DNA of 64,000 nucleotides, taken from IMG/VR virus record IMGVR_UViG_3300031998_000003, positions 96,001 to 160,000 of that record, one strand, 5' to 3'. Under the pieces are notes generated by a model. It worked only from the letters and a program-made list of their open reading frames with translations. It did not search any database and was not told the DNA's origin. This DNA comes from a virus (taxonomy: Duplodnaviria; Caudoviricetes). This document shows, piece after piece, positions 9,482-18,916 of this stretch (within the stretch, counting starts at the first letter, position 1; each line of letters opens with the position of its first letter). The translations under genes and the position numbers were made by a program.

Positions 9482-10615
9482 TCAGTCGTCGAGATCAGCC
9501 GTTTCAGTTTCCTGAGTAGTATCAGTGGTCTGCTGAGTCTCTTCCTCTTCGGTTGCCTGCTCAGCATAAACAAAGACATCATCATGTGGATCCAGCTCAT
9601 AGGACTCAACACAGTACTCGGTAACACCCTTGGTATTTCCGGTAGCGATGTTTCCGAGAGCTGCAGCAGCATCAGAGAACACCTTCACGATTGTGGTAGC
9701 AGAAGCATTAACAGAAGCGCACCAGCCCTTCGCCTTATCGTTGATAGCTGCAAGCTTCTTCATGTCGCCGGCTTCCTTACAGAGTTTGCTGAGGTAAGCC
9801 TCAACATTCTTGCCGTTGGTAGAACCACCAGCAACAGCGCCGGAGATCTGGTTGACAACGTAGAGATATGTGATAATATCAGCAAGTTCGCTGACAGAAG
9901 CAGAAGAGGAAGCACCAGTGTCGCCACCGAAGTCGGTCTTTGCGAACATGGTTCCCTTCATGATCTTCTTGTAGAGACCTGTGATATCAGTTGCCGGTTC
10001 ACCGGTAACACCGTTGATGGAGAGCTGCTTCTTGACTGTCGGATCATTTGCAGCATCAGTCAGCTTGATACCGTAGACGATTGCAAGGCGTGCGATTGAG
10101 TTACCGTATGCCAGCATCAGATCGTGAGCCTTTCTTGCGGACGGGAATACACCCTTGACGAAAGAGATGGACTTGCCGACCTTGCCACCACCATATTGCT
10201 TAACCAAAGCCTGAGCCAGCGGTTTTGCAAAAGTGCCCGCAAAATCAGCACCAGCAGAAGATGCGGAAAGACCATTCTTTTTGCCGAGACCGATGATAAT
10301 AGCCATATCGCGATCAGTCGCGGTCTTGACCTTCTTTGCATTTGAAACAACGACACCGTAGAAGCCAGCGAGCTGCTTCGTCACAGAATCTGTTGCGAGT
10401 TCAGCAGCACCGGATGCAGCCTTCGTCGGAAGACCTTCTTCGGTAGCCGCTTCCTGAACGACGCGATCAGATGCTTCTTCAGCTTCAGCCAGTTTCAGAG
10501 CATACTCAAAGTAGGTACTAGCCACATTGACCTGCTCCGTTGCTTCAGTCGCGAAGACATCATGAATATTGACATCACCATAGTTGACGTCAGTTACGAG
10601 ATCATTGAAAAGCAT
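9482..10615 (-). CDS. putative abundant internal head protein
   Basis: Ala/Lys/Gly-rich core, acidic termini, VVQE-A motif near the N-terminus, RBS. Confidence 0.55.
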   Translation of the reverse strand: MLFNDLVTDVNYGDVNIHDVFATEATEQVNVASTYFEYALKLAEAEEASDRVVQEAATEEGLPTKAASGAAELATDSVTKQLAGFYGVVVSNAKKVKTATDRDMAIIIGLGKKNGLSASSAGADFAGTFAKPLAQALVKQYGGGKVGKSISFVKGVFPSARKAHDLMLAYGNSIARLAIVYGIKLTDAANDPTVKKQLSINGVTGEPATDITGLYKKIMKGTMFAKTDFGGDTGASSSASVSELADIITYLYVVNQISGAVAGGSTNGKNVEAYLSKLCKEAGDMKKLAAINDKAKGWCASVNASATTIVKVFSDAAAALGNIATGNTKGVTEYCVESYELDPHDDVFVYAEQATEEEETQQTTDTTQETETADLDD

Positions 10616-10712
10616 CGTAGTATTTCCTTTCTTGTTGTATTATTCACACGGAGATCATGATAAGAGCCCCCTAATACCACAAGCTCGTGTAAATTACAAT
10701 TTGGTTGGTGAC

Positions 10713-11063
10713 TTAAACAACGGGAGTATCAGCTTCCCGAAGTTTCGTCTTGTACGCGGTGATAAGTTGATTTGCTTGGTTCTTGTATTTGTTGATCAGT
10801 CGAGTCTTAATTCCGCGGTGTGACATACCAGCACGCACAAGCGCCTCGTAGTCTGGATCGCGCTCCTGTTGAGCAAGTGTCAATGCCACGATAGCAACGA
10901 CAATGTTATTGATGGTATCTTCCGTAAACTCAACGGTGTTCTTCACATCAAGTCCATTTGCTTTTGCAAGCTCCTGAAGCTTTTGATTTTGCTTCAGTTT
11001 TGTCATGACATCCCCAACACGAGAAAAAATAAGATCGTTTGTGCTGGAGCTCAGCTCCGACAT
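10713..11063 (-). CDS. hypothetical protein
   Basis: AAGGAGGTG RBS before MSELSS. Confidence 0.7.
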   Translation of the reverse strand: MSELSSSTNDLIFSRVGDVMTKLKQNQKLQELAKANGLDVKNTVEFTEDTINNIVVAIVALTLAQQERDPDYEALVRAGMSHRGIKTRLINKYKNQANQLITAYKTKLREADTPVV

Positions 11064-11134
11064 AACCAACACCTCCTTTATGGGATATTATCATAACGTG
11101 TTTATATGGGTCCCAGAACGGGACCCATATACTA

Positions 11135-11428
11135 TTAGAAAGGATACTCGGAATCTTCCAATTCCGGAAAATGATTTAAATCAGGATCTGGTTTGATAAT
11201 CTCGTGTGCATTCATGATCAGATTCTGATACTGGCGATTTTTGAATTGAGTCGCATAATATTCTAGCTGCTGAAGAATCTTCTCTGTATCAGGATCATTC
11301 ACGAAGATATGCTTCCGATACATCTTTACGAGATTCATCAATCCGTCACCGTATTCTTTCAGATCTTCTTCATATATGGTAACATGTTGACGATACTCAA
11401 TTTCTCTTTTATTCGATAATATTTCCAT
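11135..11428 (-). CDS. hypothetical protein
   Basis: AAGGAG RBS; followed by a hairpin at about 11105-11130. Confidence 0.7.
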   Translation of the reverse strand: MEILSNKREIEYRQHVTIYEEDLKEYGDGLMNLVKMYRKHIFVNDPDTEKILQQLEYYATQFKNRQYQNLIMNAHEIIKPDPDLNHFPELEDSEYPF

Positions 11429-11517
11429 CTTATACTTCTCCTTTCAATGAACCATTTCTAAACAGTCGCTAGCTGTTGTTATTCATAATAATCATATATC
11501 GATTCAGGAGGTATATT

Positions 11518-12036
11518 ATGTTTATCAAAGAAGATCGTGATGATATCATTCAGAAGATCAATGCGAAACTGCCCAATGCATATCTGGTACCGATGTACGT
11601 GCGTAACTACAATGATACCTATCAGCTGGAAGAAATGGATGACATCACGAATTTCAATCCTGTTGGATTCCATGTTGGATTTGGTGTCAAGATCTCTATG
11701 TTCGAGAAAAAGAAGTTCCCCGCAAAACTGTTCGAGACCTTTGAATGTGTAACTGCATTCACCCAGCACTCTGATGAGGTCAATACAGATGTGAAGTATT
11801 ATGTATTTGAGACAGGGGATCCTGGACTCATTACACACAAGGTCAACGATCCAGTGGAAAGTGAGATCTTTTCTCAGATGTCATACTATTTTATTATGCT
11901 GAAAGATCATCTGATGAAACGGTATGAAGAACTCCGCCAAGCTAGACTCAGAGAACTGTTTGAAGGATACAAGATTCGTGATGATTCTGACACAGATGAT
12001 TCACTCTCTGATGATGACGATGAGTATTTTTCTTAA
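11518..12036 (+). CDS. hypothetical protein with acidic tail
   Basis: AGGAGG RBS before MFIKED. Confidence 0.7.
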   Translation: MFIKEDRDDIIQKINAKLPNAYLVPMYVRNYNDTYQLEEMDDITNFNPVGFHVGFGVKISMFEKKKFPAKLFETFECVTAFTQHSDEVNTDVKYYVFETGDPGLITHKVNDPVESEIFSQMSYYFIMLKDHLMKRYEELRQARLRELFEGYKIRDDSDTDDSLSDDDDEYFS

Positions 12037-12110
12037 TCATAATGATATATTATTGGGTTGACGTAGTCAAACCCACGAGTATAGTATTATAGATATACTG
12101 ATTAGGGAAA

Positions 12111-13049
12111 ATGAAAGAGGGTGATGAGTTGGATATTTTGGAATTCAAACGAAGATTACTTGATACAGGATTATTTAAGAAAGCTACAAATGGATGGTAT
12201 CGAACAAAGACATGTCCGTATTGTGGCGATACAAAAGAACACATGTATTTGTGTATCAATCCAGGTAGTCCGAATCCAATTGGATACCATTGTTTCAAAT
12301 GTCATAGCAAAGGACTATTGAAACAGGACTTTCTTGAGTATTACGGAATCAACATGAAAATCCCATATATAAAAGGACGCAATCGATTACAGCATGCTTC
12401 ACCGAATGAACTGATCGGTGAATTGATTGATCCAGATAAACATATGGGTGTCATTTTGATGTGTCAGGAATACTTCGAAAAGAGACTGGGTGTTATCCCG
12501 AGCATCCAAGATTTGAAAGCATTCCAATTAATCGGTGATCCTGAGTCATTCGTTCGATCATATATCGGAGGTGATGCTTGGGGATTAAAAGACCGGTTAT
12601 GGTTTATGATGAGCAATGGTGGAATGGCTGGACGAAGTATTGACGACAATGTATCTCTTCGTTGGAGAAAACGCACGCGTGAAGATATGAAGGGTGGCAT
12701 GTATAGTATCAAAGTTCCCATTGCTACAGACAAACCTATTGTTGTTTGTGTCTGTGAAGGCATATTGGATGCAATTGGTCTATATTATCACTGCGATATT
12801 CCGAACGCAGCATACATTGCATGCATGGGTTCCGACTATGTCAACGGTATCAAATATGCTATCGATATGGGAGTCTTCGGTGATTCTGTATCCGTCCATA
12901 TCTATAAAGATTCGGATGTGAATTTTGTGAAGATTCCAAAGAAGTATTCTCAATTGTTCAAGTCGGTTTCTGTTTATCGGAATTCAATGGCCAAGGATTT
13001 CGGTGTCAAAAAGGAACTGATTGAACTGGAGAAAACTCAAACAATTTAA
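12111..13049 (+). CDS. DNA primase (Zn finger + TOPRIM)
   Basis: CPYCGD...H...YHCFKC zinc finger; VCEGILDA TOPRIM motif; DSD. Confidence 0.85.
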   Translation: MKEGDELDILEFKRRLLDTGLFKKATNGWYRTKTCPYCGDTKEHMYLCINPGSPNPIGYHCFKCHSKGLLKQDFLEYYGINMKIPYIKGRNRLQHASPNELIGELIDPDKHMGVILMCQEYFEKRLGVIPSIQDLKAFQLIGDPESFVRSYIGGDAWGLKDRLWFMMSNGGMAGRSIDDNVSLRWRKRTREDMKGGMYSIKVPIATDKPIVVCVCEGILDAIGLYYHCDIPNAAYIACMGSDYVNGIKYAIDMGVFGDSVSVHIYKDSDVNFVKIPKKYSQLFKSVSVYRNSMAKDFGVKKELIELEKTQTI

Positions 13050-13060
13050 GGAGGATGTAT

Positions 13061-13849
13061 ATGATTAATGATGAATGGGAAGCACTGCTGAGAGATCAGC
13101 GTGGACCGATATGCAATCATATGTTGGGATGCTATATTGGTAAAAAGATTCGTGAGCAGCGCGGAACGCTTGAGAAACATATCAAACAGCGTGACGACGT
13201 CGCATCACAGTTTGGTGATGAATACACTGATCGTCTGAATGATAAGATTAGAAGAACGATTTCCGAGATCGCGATGTTGAAAGCATTGGAATCTAGAGTT
13301 CGTGTGTTGGATGAATTCGTCACACATGAAATCATCGAAGGATTTCAATTGACCTTTATCGGTAATGGTGGAGGTATACTCAATGAGCCATGTCATGGAC
13401 TGCTGGCCAATGAATATTCATCCGCATTCTGGAGACCGTCAACCAAGGTTGAAAAGTATGTCCCGCGGTTTAAAGAGGAAGCGAAAAAGCCGGACGAACG
13501 CGGTGTGTACATTACAATCGCAAGAAACGACTGGAGTTATGCACGTGACTACACCGGGAGACTTGAAGTTGAATTCTGTTTCTCGGATGCGTCACGTTTC
13601 ACTTTGTTTGACGCTACGCTGAGTAAAAAGGGTTTTGAGTTCTCAGAGCGTGAAAATCCCACAGACTCGATTATGCCAATCAAGCGTGATGAGTATGAGA
13701 TCGCGTTGTTCCTCTATATGCGGAAAACTATCCATGAGAAACTCACGAAGTTCTTTGAGAACATCGCGGATGACTGGTGGACGGTTTCTGATGATGAGTT
13801 CTATCACTGCAAAGACGACGTCATGATTGAATACAATATCAAACTTTGA
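13061..13849 (+). CDS. hypothetical protein
   Basis: AAGGAGG RBS, operon context. Confidence 0.7.
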   Translation: MINDEWEALLRDQRGPICNHMLGCYIGKKIREQRGTLEKHIKQRDDVASQFGDEYTDRLNDKIRRTISEIAMLKALESRVRVLDEFVTHEIIEGFQLTFIGNGGGILNEPCHGLLANEYSSAFWRPSTKVEKYVPRFKEEAKKPDERGVYITIARNDWSYARDYTGRLEVEFCFSDASRFTLFDATLSKKGFEFSERENPTDSIMPIKRDEYEIALFLYMRKTIHEKLTKFFENIADDWWTVSDDEFYHCKDDVMIEYNIKL

Positions 13850-13862
13850 GGAGAGATTGTAT

Positions 13863-15116
13863 ATGTTGAGACCTGATAAAGAACACTACTACCTTGATCT
13901 GGCATTGGATGTCGCAAAACGTTCCACATGCCTTCGCCGGAAATATGGTGCGGTTATCGTAAAAGATGACCGCATCGTTTCTACCGGATATAATGGTGCA
14001 CCTCGTGGACGAGAGAACTGCTGCGATCGTGGTGTATGCCTGCGTGAAGAGCTAAAGGTTCCGTCTGGACAGAGATATGAATTGTGCCGTTCGGTTCATG
14101 CGGAAGCCAACGCAATCATCCATGCAAACTATACTGATATGATCGGTGGAACATTGTATCTTGCTGGATGTGACGCAATGTCCAATGTACCACTGCCGAT
14201 TTCAGAACCTTGCTCTATGTGCAAGCGAATGATCATCAACGCTCAAATCGAGCGTGTTGTATCATGGAACAATAACAAAGGTATCATATCTGAGATCATG
14301 GTAAAAGATTGGACCACTCCCGGCAATGATGACTCCATCATTCTCCCAGAACAGTTCAAGGAGATCAAACCTACACTGGATGTATATGCGGAAACATCCA
14401 ATACACAGAAGCTGCCCGATGTGATGAATGTGATGGAATCAAAAGATTTCGATCAGATTCGAAAAGAAGTAAATGATGAACGAGCTCTGGCACGGCTCAT
14501 TATAACAGAATATTCGATTGAAGGGTTTTCAGCAAATCTTGATGGATCGAGAGATCAGGAAACGCGAGCAGACATCTGCAAACTCTTTGACCGTCCCAGT
14601 AAGGATCTGAAGATCCAGGTGCAGCATTTTGAAGAAGCTCGTCATCTTGTCAATGCTATTATCAAAATGCATTTCATGTGCTATAAAGATAACTTCACAG
14701 ATGTTGATTTCGGAAAGTTCAGTCCGACAGTGAAAGAGGATATTCTCAGTATCATCGCAGAGAACCTTGCACGTTGTTCGGTTAAGGATATGAATGAGGT
14801 TCTATTCCATGAATTTGCTGAAAGTGTATCGAATAAAACTGCTCCGAAAAGTGACACCGATTTCCATCATGTCCTCAAATATGAGATGTTTGTCCACGAT
14901 ACCGAACGCTTCGGAGAACAAAAGTTACTGCTGTCAATTTCAGTGAAAAACGGCAATGATCATGTGACACTTATTATCGACGATGAGTTCGAGAAACGGT
15001 TACAACCGATCATTCGATTGTATTATGACCTGATCTTTCATGTCAATAATAAGTATGACAAACTCTTCAAGACAGATCGAACAATGTTCAGTTCAATTGT
15101 ATCATTACTGGGATAA
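13863..15116 (+). CDS. dCMP deaminase with long C-terminal extension of unknown function
   Basis: RSTCLRR.YGAVIV...GYNGAP...VHAEANA...PCSMC (ComEB/dCMP deaminase motifs). Confidence 0.9.
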   Translation: MLRPDKEHYYLDLALDVAKRSTCLRRKYGAVIVKDDRIVSTGYNGAPRGRENCCDRGVCLREELKVPSGQRYELCRSVHAEANAIIHANYTDMIGGTLYLAGCDAMSNVPLPISEPCSMCKRMIINAQIERVVSWNNNKGIISEIMVKDWTTPGNDDSIILPEQFKEIKPTLDVYAETSNTQKLPDVMNVMESKDFDQIRKEVNDERALARLIITEYSIEGFSANLDGSRDQETRADICKLFDRPSKDLKIQVQHFEEARHLVNAIIKMHFMCYKDNFTDVDFGKFSPTVKEDILSIIAENLARCSVKDMNEVLFHEFAESVSNKTAPKSDTDFHHVLKYEMFVHDTERFGEQKLLLSISVKNGNDHVTLIIDDEFEKRLQPIIRLYYDLIFHVNNKYDKLFKTDRTMFSSIVSLLG

Positions 15117-15119
15117 TGC

Positions 15120-15160
15120 GTGTGGGGCTTCGGCCCCACACTCTTACTTTATTTTTTATT
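15120..15160 (+). terminator. intrinsic terminator
   Basis: GTGTGGGGC-TTCG-GCCCCACAC followed by a T-rich tract. Confidence 0.75.
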
Positions 15161-15163
15161 CAA

Positions 15164-15178
15164 ATATATATTATTAAT
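15164..15178 (+). promoter_or_regulatory. phage promoter motif TATATATTATTAAT
   Basis: Recurs after terminators and before non-structural genes across the window. Confidence 0.6.
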
Positions 15179-15219
15179 ATGGCATAGTGGAATATACAAA
15201 CACTATTGTTGAATGCCGA

Positions 15220-15257
15220 ATGGTTCCTGCAGCCGATAAGTGCAGGAGAAACGGAGG
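15220..15257 (+). promoter_or_regulatory. conserved 5-prime leader hairpin abutting the SD (copy 1)
   Basis: TCCTGCA-GCCGATAAG-TGCAGGA; near-identical copy at 40466 with a compensatory base pair. Confidence 0.7.
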
Positions 15258-15264
15258 AATCATT

Positions 15265-17079
15265 ATGACTATCGAAGAAATCAAAGCAAAACAGAGTGAG
15301 CTTATGATCAAACATGCAAAGCTCGGATGCGAAATTCTTGGAAAGGAGGTATGTGCTGAAATTTCTCAATGGAGAGATGCTGGTATTGAACTTTCACAGA
15401 ATATTTCTGACAGATCTCAGCAGCAGCTGATGTCGGTTATCAATGCTGATACGATTCTGAAGAACCTTTCAAGTATGGATGCATCCATTTTGGAAGGCGC
15501 TGTAGATCTTGATAAGGTTAGACAGAATGCAGATCAGCTGAAGAACAATATTGAGTCTGATCTCAACAATTGGGAACTCATTCTTCATGCACTTTTTGCG
15601 CTTTCATGTATCGATGAAAATGAGCCTGTTCAGAAGCCAGATCCTCAGCCAAAGCCGGCCAATGAATCGATCAATACCGATAAAAACGATTCACCGAAGG
15701 GTGATTTCATTGATCCAGAACTTGCCAAAGTTATATTGGATTCAATTGACAATATCGTTGATAATATGTCAAAAGGTAACGAGATGCCTGCTGGTTGGGA
15801 ATGGCTTGATGTTTATCATATTAACCCAAAGCTGCAGCGCAACAGATACATTGTCAACAATGAAACTGAAGAGGTTGTCGACACGGTGACCGGCTATCAA
15901 GTTGAGTCAAAGGTGTTCAAAGATGGCGAGAAGCTTCTCTTCAAAACAATCGACAGAAATGTTGTTTATGTCCGTAAAAGCCTGATATTTACGGCTAAAG
16001 AAACCGAAACAAAACCGAGCAAACCAGCTTGTTCACTTGTATCATCCAAGATGCTCGACTGGAATTCTCGCATAGATAAAACCCGATATCGTATCTATGC
16101 GGATGGACGTATCGAGGATACCAAAACAGATACATTTCTGAAACCGATTGATGGATGTTCCGTAGCACTTGAAACCGTCAACCGAGGTAAAGGCATGTGG
16201 TTAATCCACGAACTGGTATGGGCTGCTTTCCATCCAGAGGATCTTCCCAACATTCGGAAAACCGGGAATGTATACCGTATAAATGGCCGAGTTGATGATA
16301 ACAGACTGTCTAATCTGATCTTCAAAGTGAATGTGGTGTCTTCAACAATGACACACAACAAAATGAATACTCCAGCCGAAACAAAGACTGATGGTGATGA
16401 TACTTTGAAAGAAGTACCGAAAGCCACAAAACAGTCTATCGAAGAAAAGAAACCGAAAATTGAATATAGATGCATTGACTGGATTCCTGGGATCGACGGC
16501 TCGAGATATTCGATCACGAGAGATGGTACAGTCGTTGACAATCGGTATAGAGCCAAGCCAGTTGTGCCGAAAATGCTCAACGGCAAACGTGTTGTCAAGC
16601 TGCTCGGAAAACGAAACAAGACCGCGACTTACACAATTGCTGACTTGTTAAATCGTGCATTCCCGGATCAGCCACAGGCGGTTCGTTCGTCTGGTAAATT
16701 CCGGATCGAGGATGTCACTAGACCCCTTGACCGCAAAACAGTTGCGTCAAAAGAAACATCTGAACGGATGATTCCTGTTGATTGGATTGACGGTATTCCT
16801 TCGACAAAATATTTGGTTTCGGAACAGGGATATGTCTTCAATACCATCAGCGGAAAAAGAATCATCCCGAATGCATCCGGAACAATCAACATGTCGGATT
16901 CAATCAACAGAGGATCACGCAAATTACGGATCCATATGAAAATGGAATCACTGATCTGGAAGGCATTCCATGTGGAAGATCGTCGGCTTGAGAAAGTTTA
17001 CATCGATCATATTGATGGTGATGTAGCAAACTGTGCGATCGAAAATCTGCGCAAGAAAATTGTTGATAGAAAGAGCTGA
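15265..17079 (+). CDS. NUMOD4/HNH-repeat protein, probably degenerate nuclease
   Basis: Four W...RY.I...G.V-like units; HELVWAAF...INGRVDDNRLSNL and IDHIDGDVANCAIENL HNH-like motifs. Confidence 0.65.
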   Translation: MTIEEIKAKQSELMIKHAKLGCEILGKEVCAEISQWRDAGIELSQNISDRSQQQLMSVINADTILKNLSSMDASILEGAVDLDKVRQNADQLKNNIESDLNNWELILHALFALSCIDENEPVQKPDPQPKPANESINTDKNDSPKGDFIDPELAKVILDSIDNIVDNMSKGNEMPAGWEWLDVYHINPKLQRNRYIVNNETEEVVDTVTGYQVESKVFKDGEKLLFKTIDRNVVYVRKSLIFTAKETETKPSKPACSLVSSKMLDWNSRIDKTRYRIYADGRIEDTKTDTFLKPIDGCSVALETVNRGKGMWLIHELVWAAFHPEDLPNIRKTGNVYRINGRVDDNRLSNLIFKVNVVSSTMTHNKMNTPAETKTDGDDTLKEVPKATKQSIEEKKPKIEYRCIDWIPGIDGSRYSITRDGTVVDNRYRAKPVVPKMLNGKRVVKLLGKRNKTATYTIADLLNRAFPDQPQAVRSSGKFRIEDVTRPLDRKTVASKETSERMIPVDWIDGIPSTKYLVSEQGYVFNTISGKRIIPNASGTINMSDSINRGSRKLRIHMKMESLIWKAFHVEDRRLEKVYIDHIDGDVANCAIENLRKKIVDRKS

Positions 17080-17089
17080 CGTTTCATCT

Positions 17090-17123
17090 GAGAACCCCGC
17101 GTAAACGGGGTTCTCTTTCTTTA
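17090..17123 (+). terminator. intrinsic terminator
   Basis: GAGAACCCCG-CGTAAA-CGGGGTTCTC followed by TTTCTTT. Confidence 0.65.
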
Positions 17124-17141
17124 AATTTAAGGAGGATAAAT

Positions 17142-18056
17142 ATGATCGCACTTGAGTTGATTAAAAAGCTGATGACAGAATCTGGTATCAAATATCAGAT
17201 CCAATCACATCATGAATTATCCAAATTCGGGAGAATCCATCATGTGATTGTCACCAATAACCCAGATGCCGATGCAATGAAACTCGATGATTTTGTCGAA
17301 AGATCCGTCGATGAATATCACGAATACATCGCTGATGTCAAAGCTGCTGTAACCGCGGCTGTCCGAAGTGGTGGTTGGGTATCAAACCAGATCATTCTTT
17401 TCTCGGATACTGCATTATTGCAGCTTCGTGAACTGTCTGGCCTGGCGAAAACGCTGGACGACGATTATTTCATCATCTCGTTCGCTGAACAGACATCTGA
17501 AACGACCGGTTTGAGACAGTTCGTGCAGCCTGTGATATCCGTCATTGACATTTCGGAAGAAGAGCCGATCAACTTGATTGCCTTCGAAAATCTGAAATTC
17601 ATTGTCAAAAATGTCGGATACAATTGTTACTATTCTGCATACGATATCCTGGATATGATGTCAATCGGCAACCAGGTAACGCTGACCAAAGAATCAAATT
17701 ATTACTCACTATCCGACATAAAACAGGAATGTATGTCTAGCATTTATGAATATCAATGTCTGGAGTTCTGGTCGAATATCCGGATTGATCCGAAACTGGA
17801 TATGCATGATATCGACCAGATTCTGATTGAGGCTAATCAGAAATTGTCTGAGCAGGAAATATTCACATGCAAGTCCTGTGGAAAACATTATACTATTTCA
17901 GAAGACGAACGGAAATGGTATGCCGATAGGAAGTTCAATCTCCCGAAGAAGTGTTCTTCATGTCGGTATGATGAACGCAGAAAACGTCGGGATGCCGAAC
18001 GTGCTGCGGAGATGAAAGAGATGTATCAGGAACTTGGGTTCGGCGTTCTTGATTGA
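17142..18056 (+). CDS. protein with C-terminal zinc ribbon (zf-trcl-like)
   Basis: FTCKSCGKHYTISEDERKWYADRKFNLPKKCSSCR. Confidence 0.7.
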   Translation: MIALELIKKLMTESGIKYQIQSHHELSKFGRIHHVIVTNNPDADAMKLDDFVERSVDEYHEYIADVKAAVTAAVRSGGWVSNQIILFSDTALLQLRELSGLAKTLDDDYFIISFAEQTSETTGLRQFVQPVISVIDISEEEPINLIAFENLKFIVKNVGYNCYYSAYDILDMMSIGNQVTLTKESNYYSLSDIKQECMSSIYEYQCLEFWSNIRIDPKLDMHDIDQILIEANQKLSEQEIFTCKSCGKHYTISEDERKWYADRKFNLPKKCSSCRYDERRKRRDAERAAEMKEMYQELGFGVLD

Positions 18057-18108
18057 CTCCACTGATTATAATTTGTCCATATGTACAACATGTATGTATG
18101 GGCAATAT

Positions 18109-18190
18109 GCTGGTATGATGGAATTGGCAGACGTGACGGACTCAAAATCTGTTGTCTTCGGACGTGTGGGTTCAAGTCCCACTACCAGCA
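18109..18190 (+). tRNA. tRNA-Leu(CAA)
   Basis: Full type II cloverleaf; anticodon arm ACGGA-CTCAAAA-TCTGT. Confidence 0.93.
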
Positions 18191-18191
18191 C

Positions 18192-18276
18192 TCATCACAG
18201 GAGATGAGAGGTTCCAGCACCTCTTCGCGGTCCCTCAATGAAACTGCGTAGTTTAAGGGTAAAACCCCTGTGTTGA
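18192..18276 (+). ncRNA. circularly permuted tRNA-like RNA (YrlA/Y-RNA-like topology)
   Basis: Order T arm, closed acceptor stem, TA, D arm; the two ends pair as the anticodon stem (CACAGG/CCTGTG). Confidence 0.65.
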
Positions 18277-18297
18277 TTCAAGGCGATGCATCGCCTC

Positions 18298-18382
18298 AGA
18301 TATGTGTAGTTGAGACGGTTACAATACCGACAAGGGCGCCCCTTGAGTCGGAGGTCGCAGGTTCGAATCCTGTCACATATCT
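18298..18382 (+). ncRNA. tRNA-like RNA with anticodon loop replaced by an extended hairpin
   Basis: AGATATGTG/CACATATCT acceptor, D arm, CCGAC/GTCGG stem enclosing AAGGGCGCCCCTTGA, GGTTCGAATCC T arm. Confidence 0.7.
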
Positions 18383-18390
18383 TCAAGATT

Positions 18391-18485
18391 GAGTTTCGTA
18401 TATGCTGGATGGCAGAAGCAGCCGGTTGAACGTTCCCGGTGAGCCACATGAGGGCTTCGTAGGTTCGAATCCTACAACGAAACTC
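18391..18485 (+). ncRNA. type II tRNA-like RNA with a 10-nt non-canonical anticodon loop
   Basis: GAGTTTCGT/ACGAAACTC acceptor, TGCT/AGCA D stem, GCCGG-TTGAACGTTC-CCGGT, variable arm, canonical T arm. Confidence 0.7.
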
Positions 18486-18493
18486 TGATCTTG

Positions 18494-18569
18494 AAATACG
18501 CGTAGCTGGGTTGGTTACAGCGCCCGGGCGCACCTGGGAGTACGTGGGTTCGAATCTCACCGCGTATTT
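18494..18569 (+). ncRNA. tRNA-like RNA with shortened anticodon loop
   Basis: AAATACGCG/CGCGTATTT acceptor, GCTG/CAGC D stem, CCCGGG-CGCA-CCTGGG, GTGGG-TTCGAAT-CTCAC. Confidence 0.7.
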
Positions 18570-18591
18570 TTTATTTGAAAGGAGGATCGAT

Positions 18592-18903
18592 ATGATCCGT
18601 GTACATGCATTGAAACATGGTGATTACAATAATCAGCTTCCCGCAACGGGATGGATCTATTTACATGGAGAACTTCAGGAAGAAGCCGGTTTCGATTTGT
18701 GTCATATCGATCAAGTTCCTGAAGAAGAAGGTATCTACGATTGTGAAGTAATCCTACCGAATCATGATACCAGACAATGTAAGCTATACTACTGGAAATC
18801 AAGGCGTAGGAAGATCGATCGTGGATTGATTGTATTGGCCAATCATCCAGGTGACAATAAGTTTGCTGAGATAAAATTCAGAATTCGTTCTGACGGATTG
18901 TAA
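18592..18903 (+). CDS. hypothetical protein
   Basis: AAGGAGG RBS before MIRVHA. Confidence 0.7.
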   Translation: MIRVHALKHGDYNNQLPATGWIYLHGELQEEAGFDLCHIDQVPEEEGIYDCEVILPNHDTRQCKLYYWKSRRRKIDRGLIVLANHPGDNKFAEIKFRIRSDGL

Positions 18904-18916
18904 AGGAGATGATGAT

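Noticed and set aside
18200-18250. HDV-like/theta ribozyme (CACCTCTTCGCGGTCC resembles the HDV P3/L3)
   Set aside because: P1 would have mismatches, and no P2 partner or catalytic J4/2 is found; the permuted cloverleaf explains the same bases better
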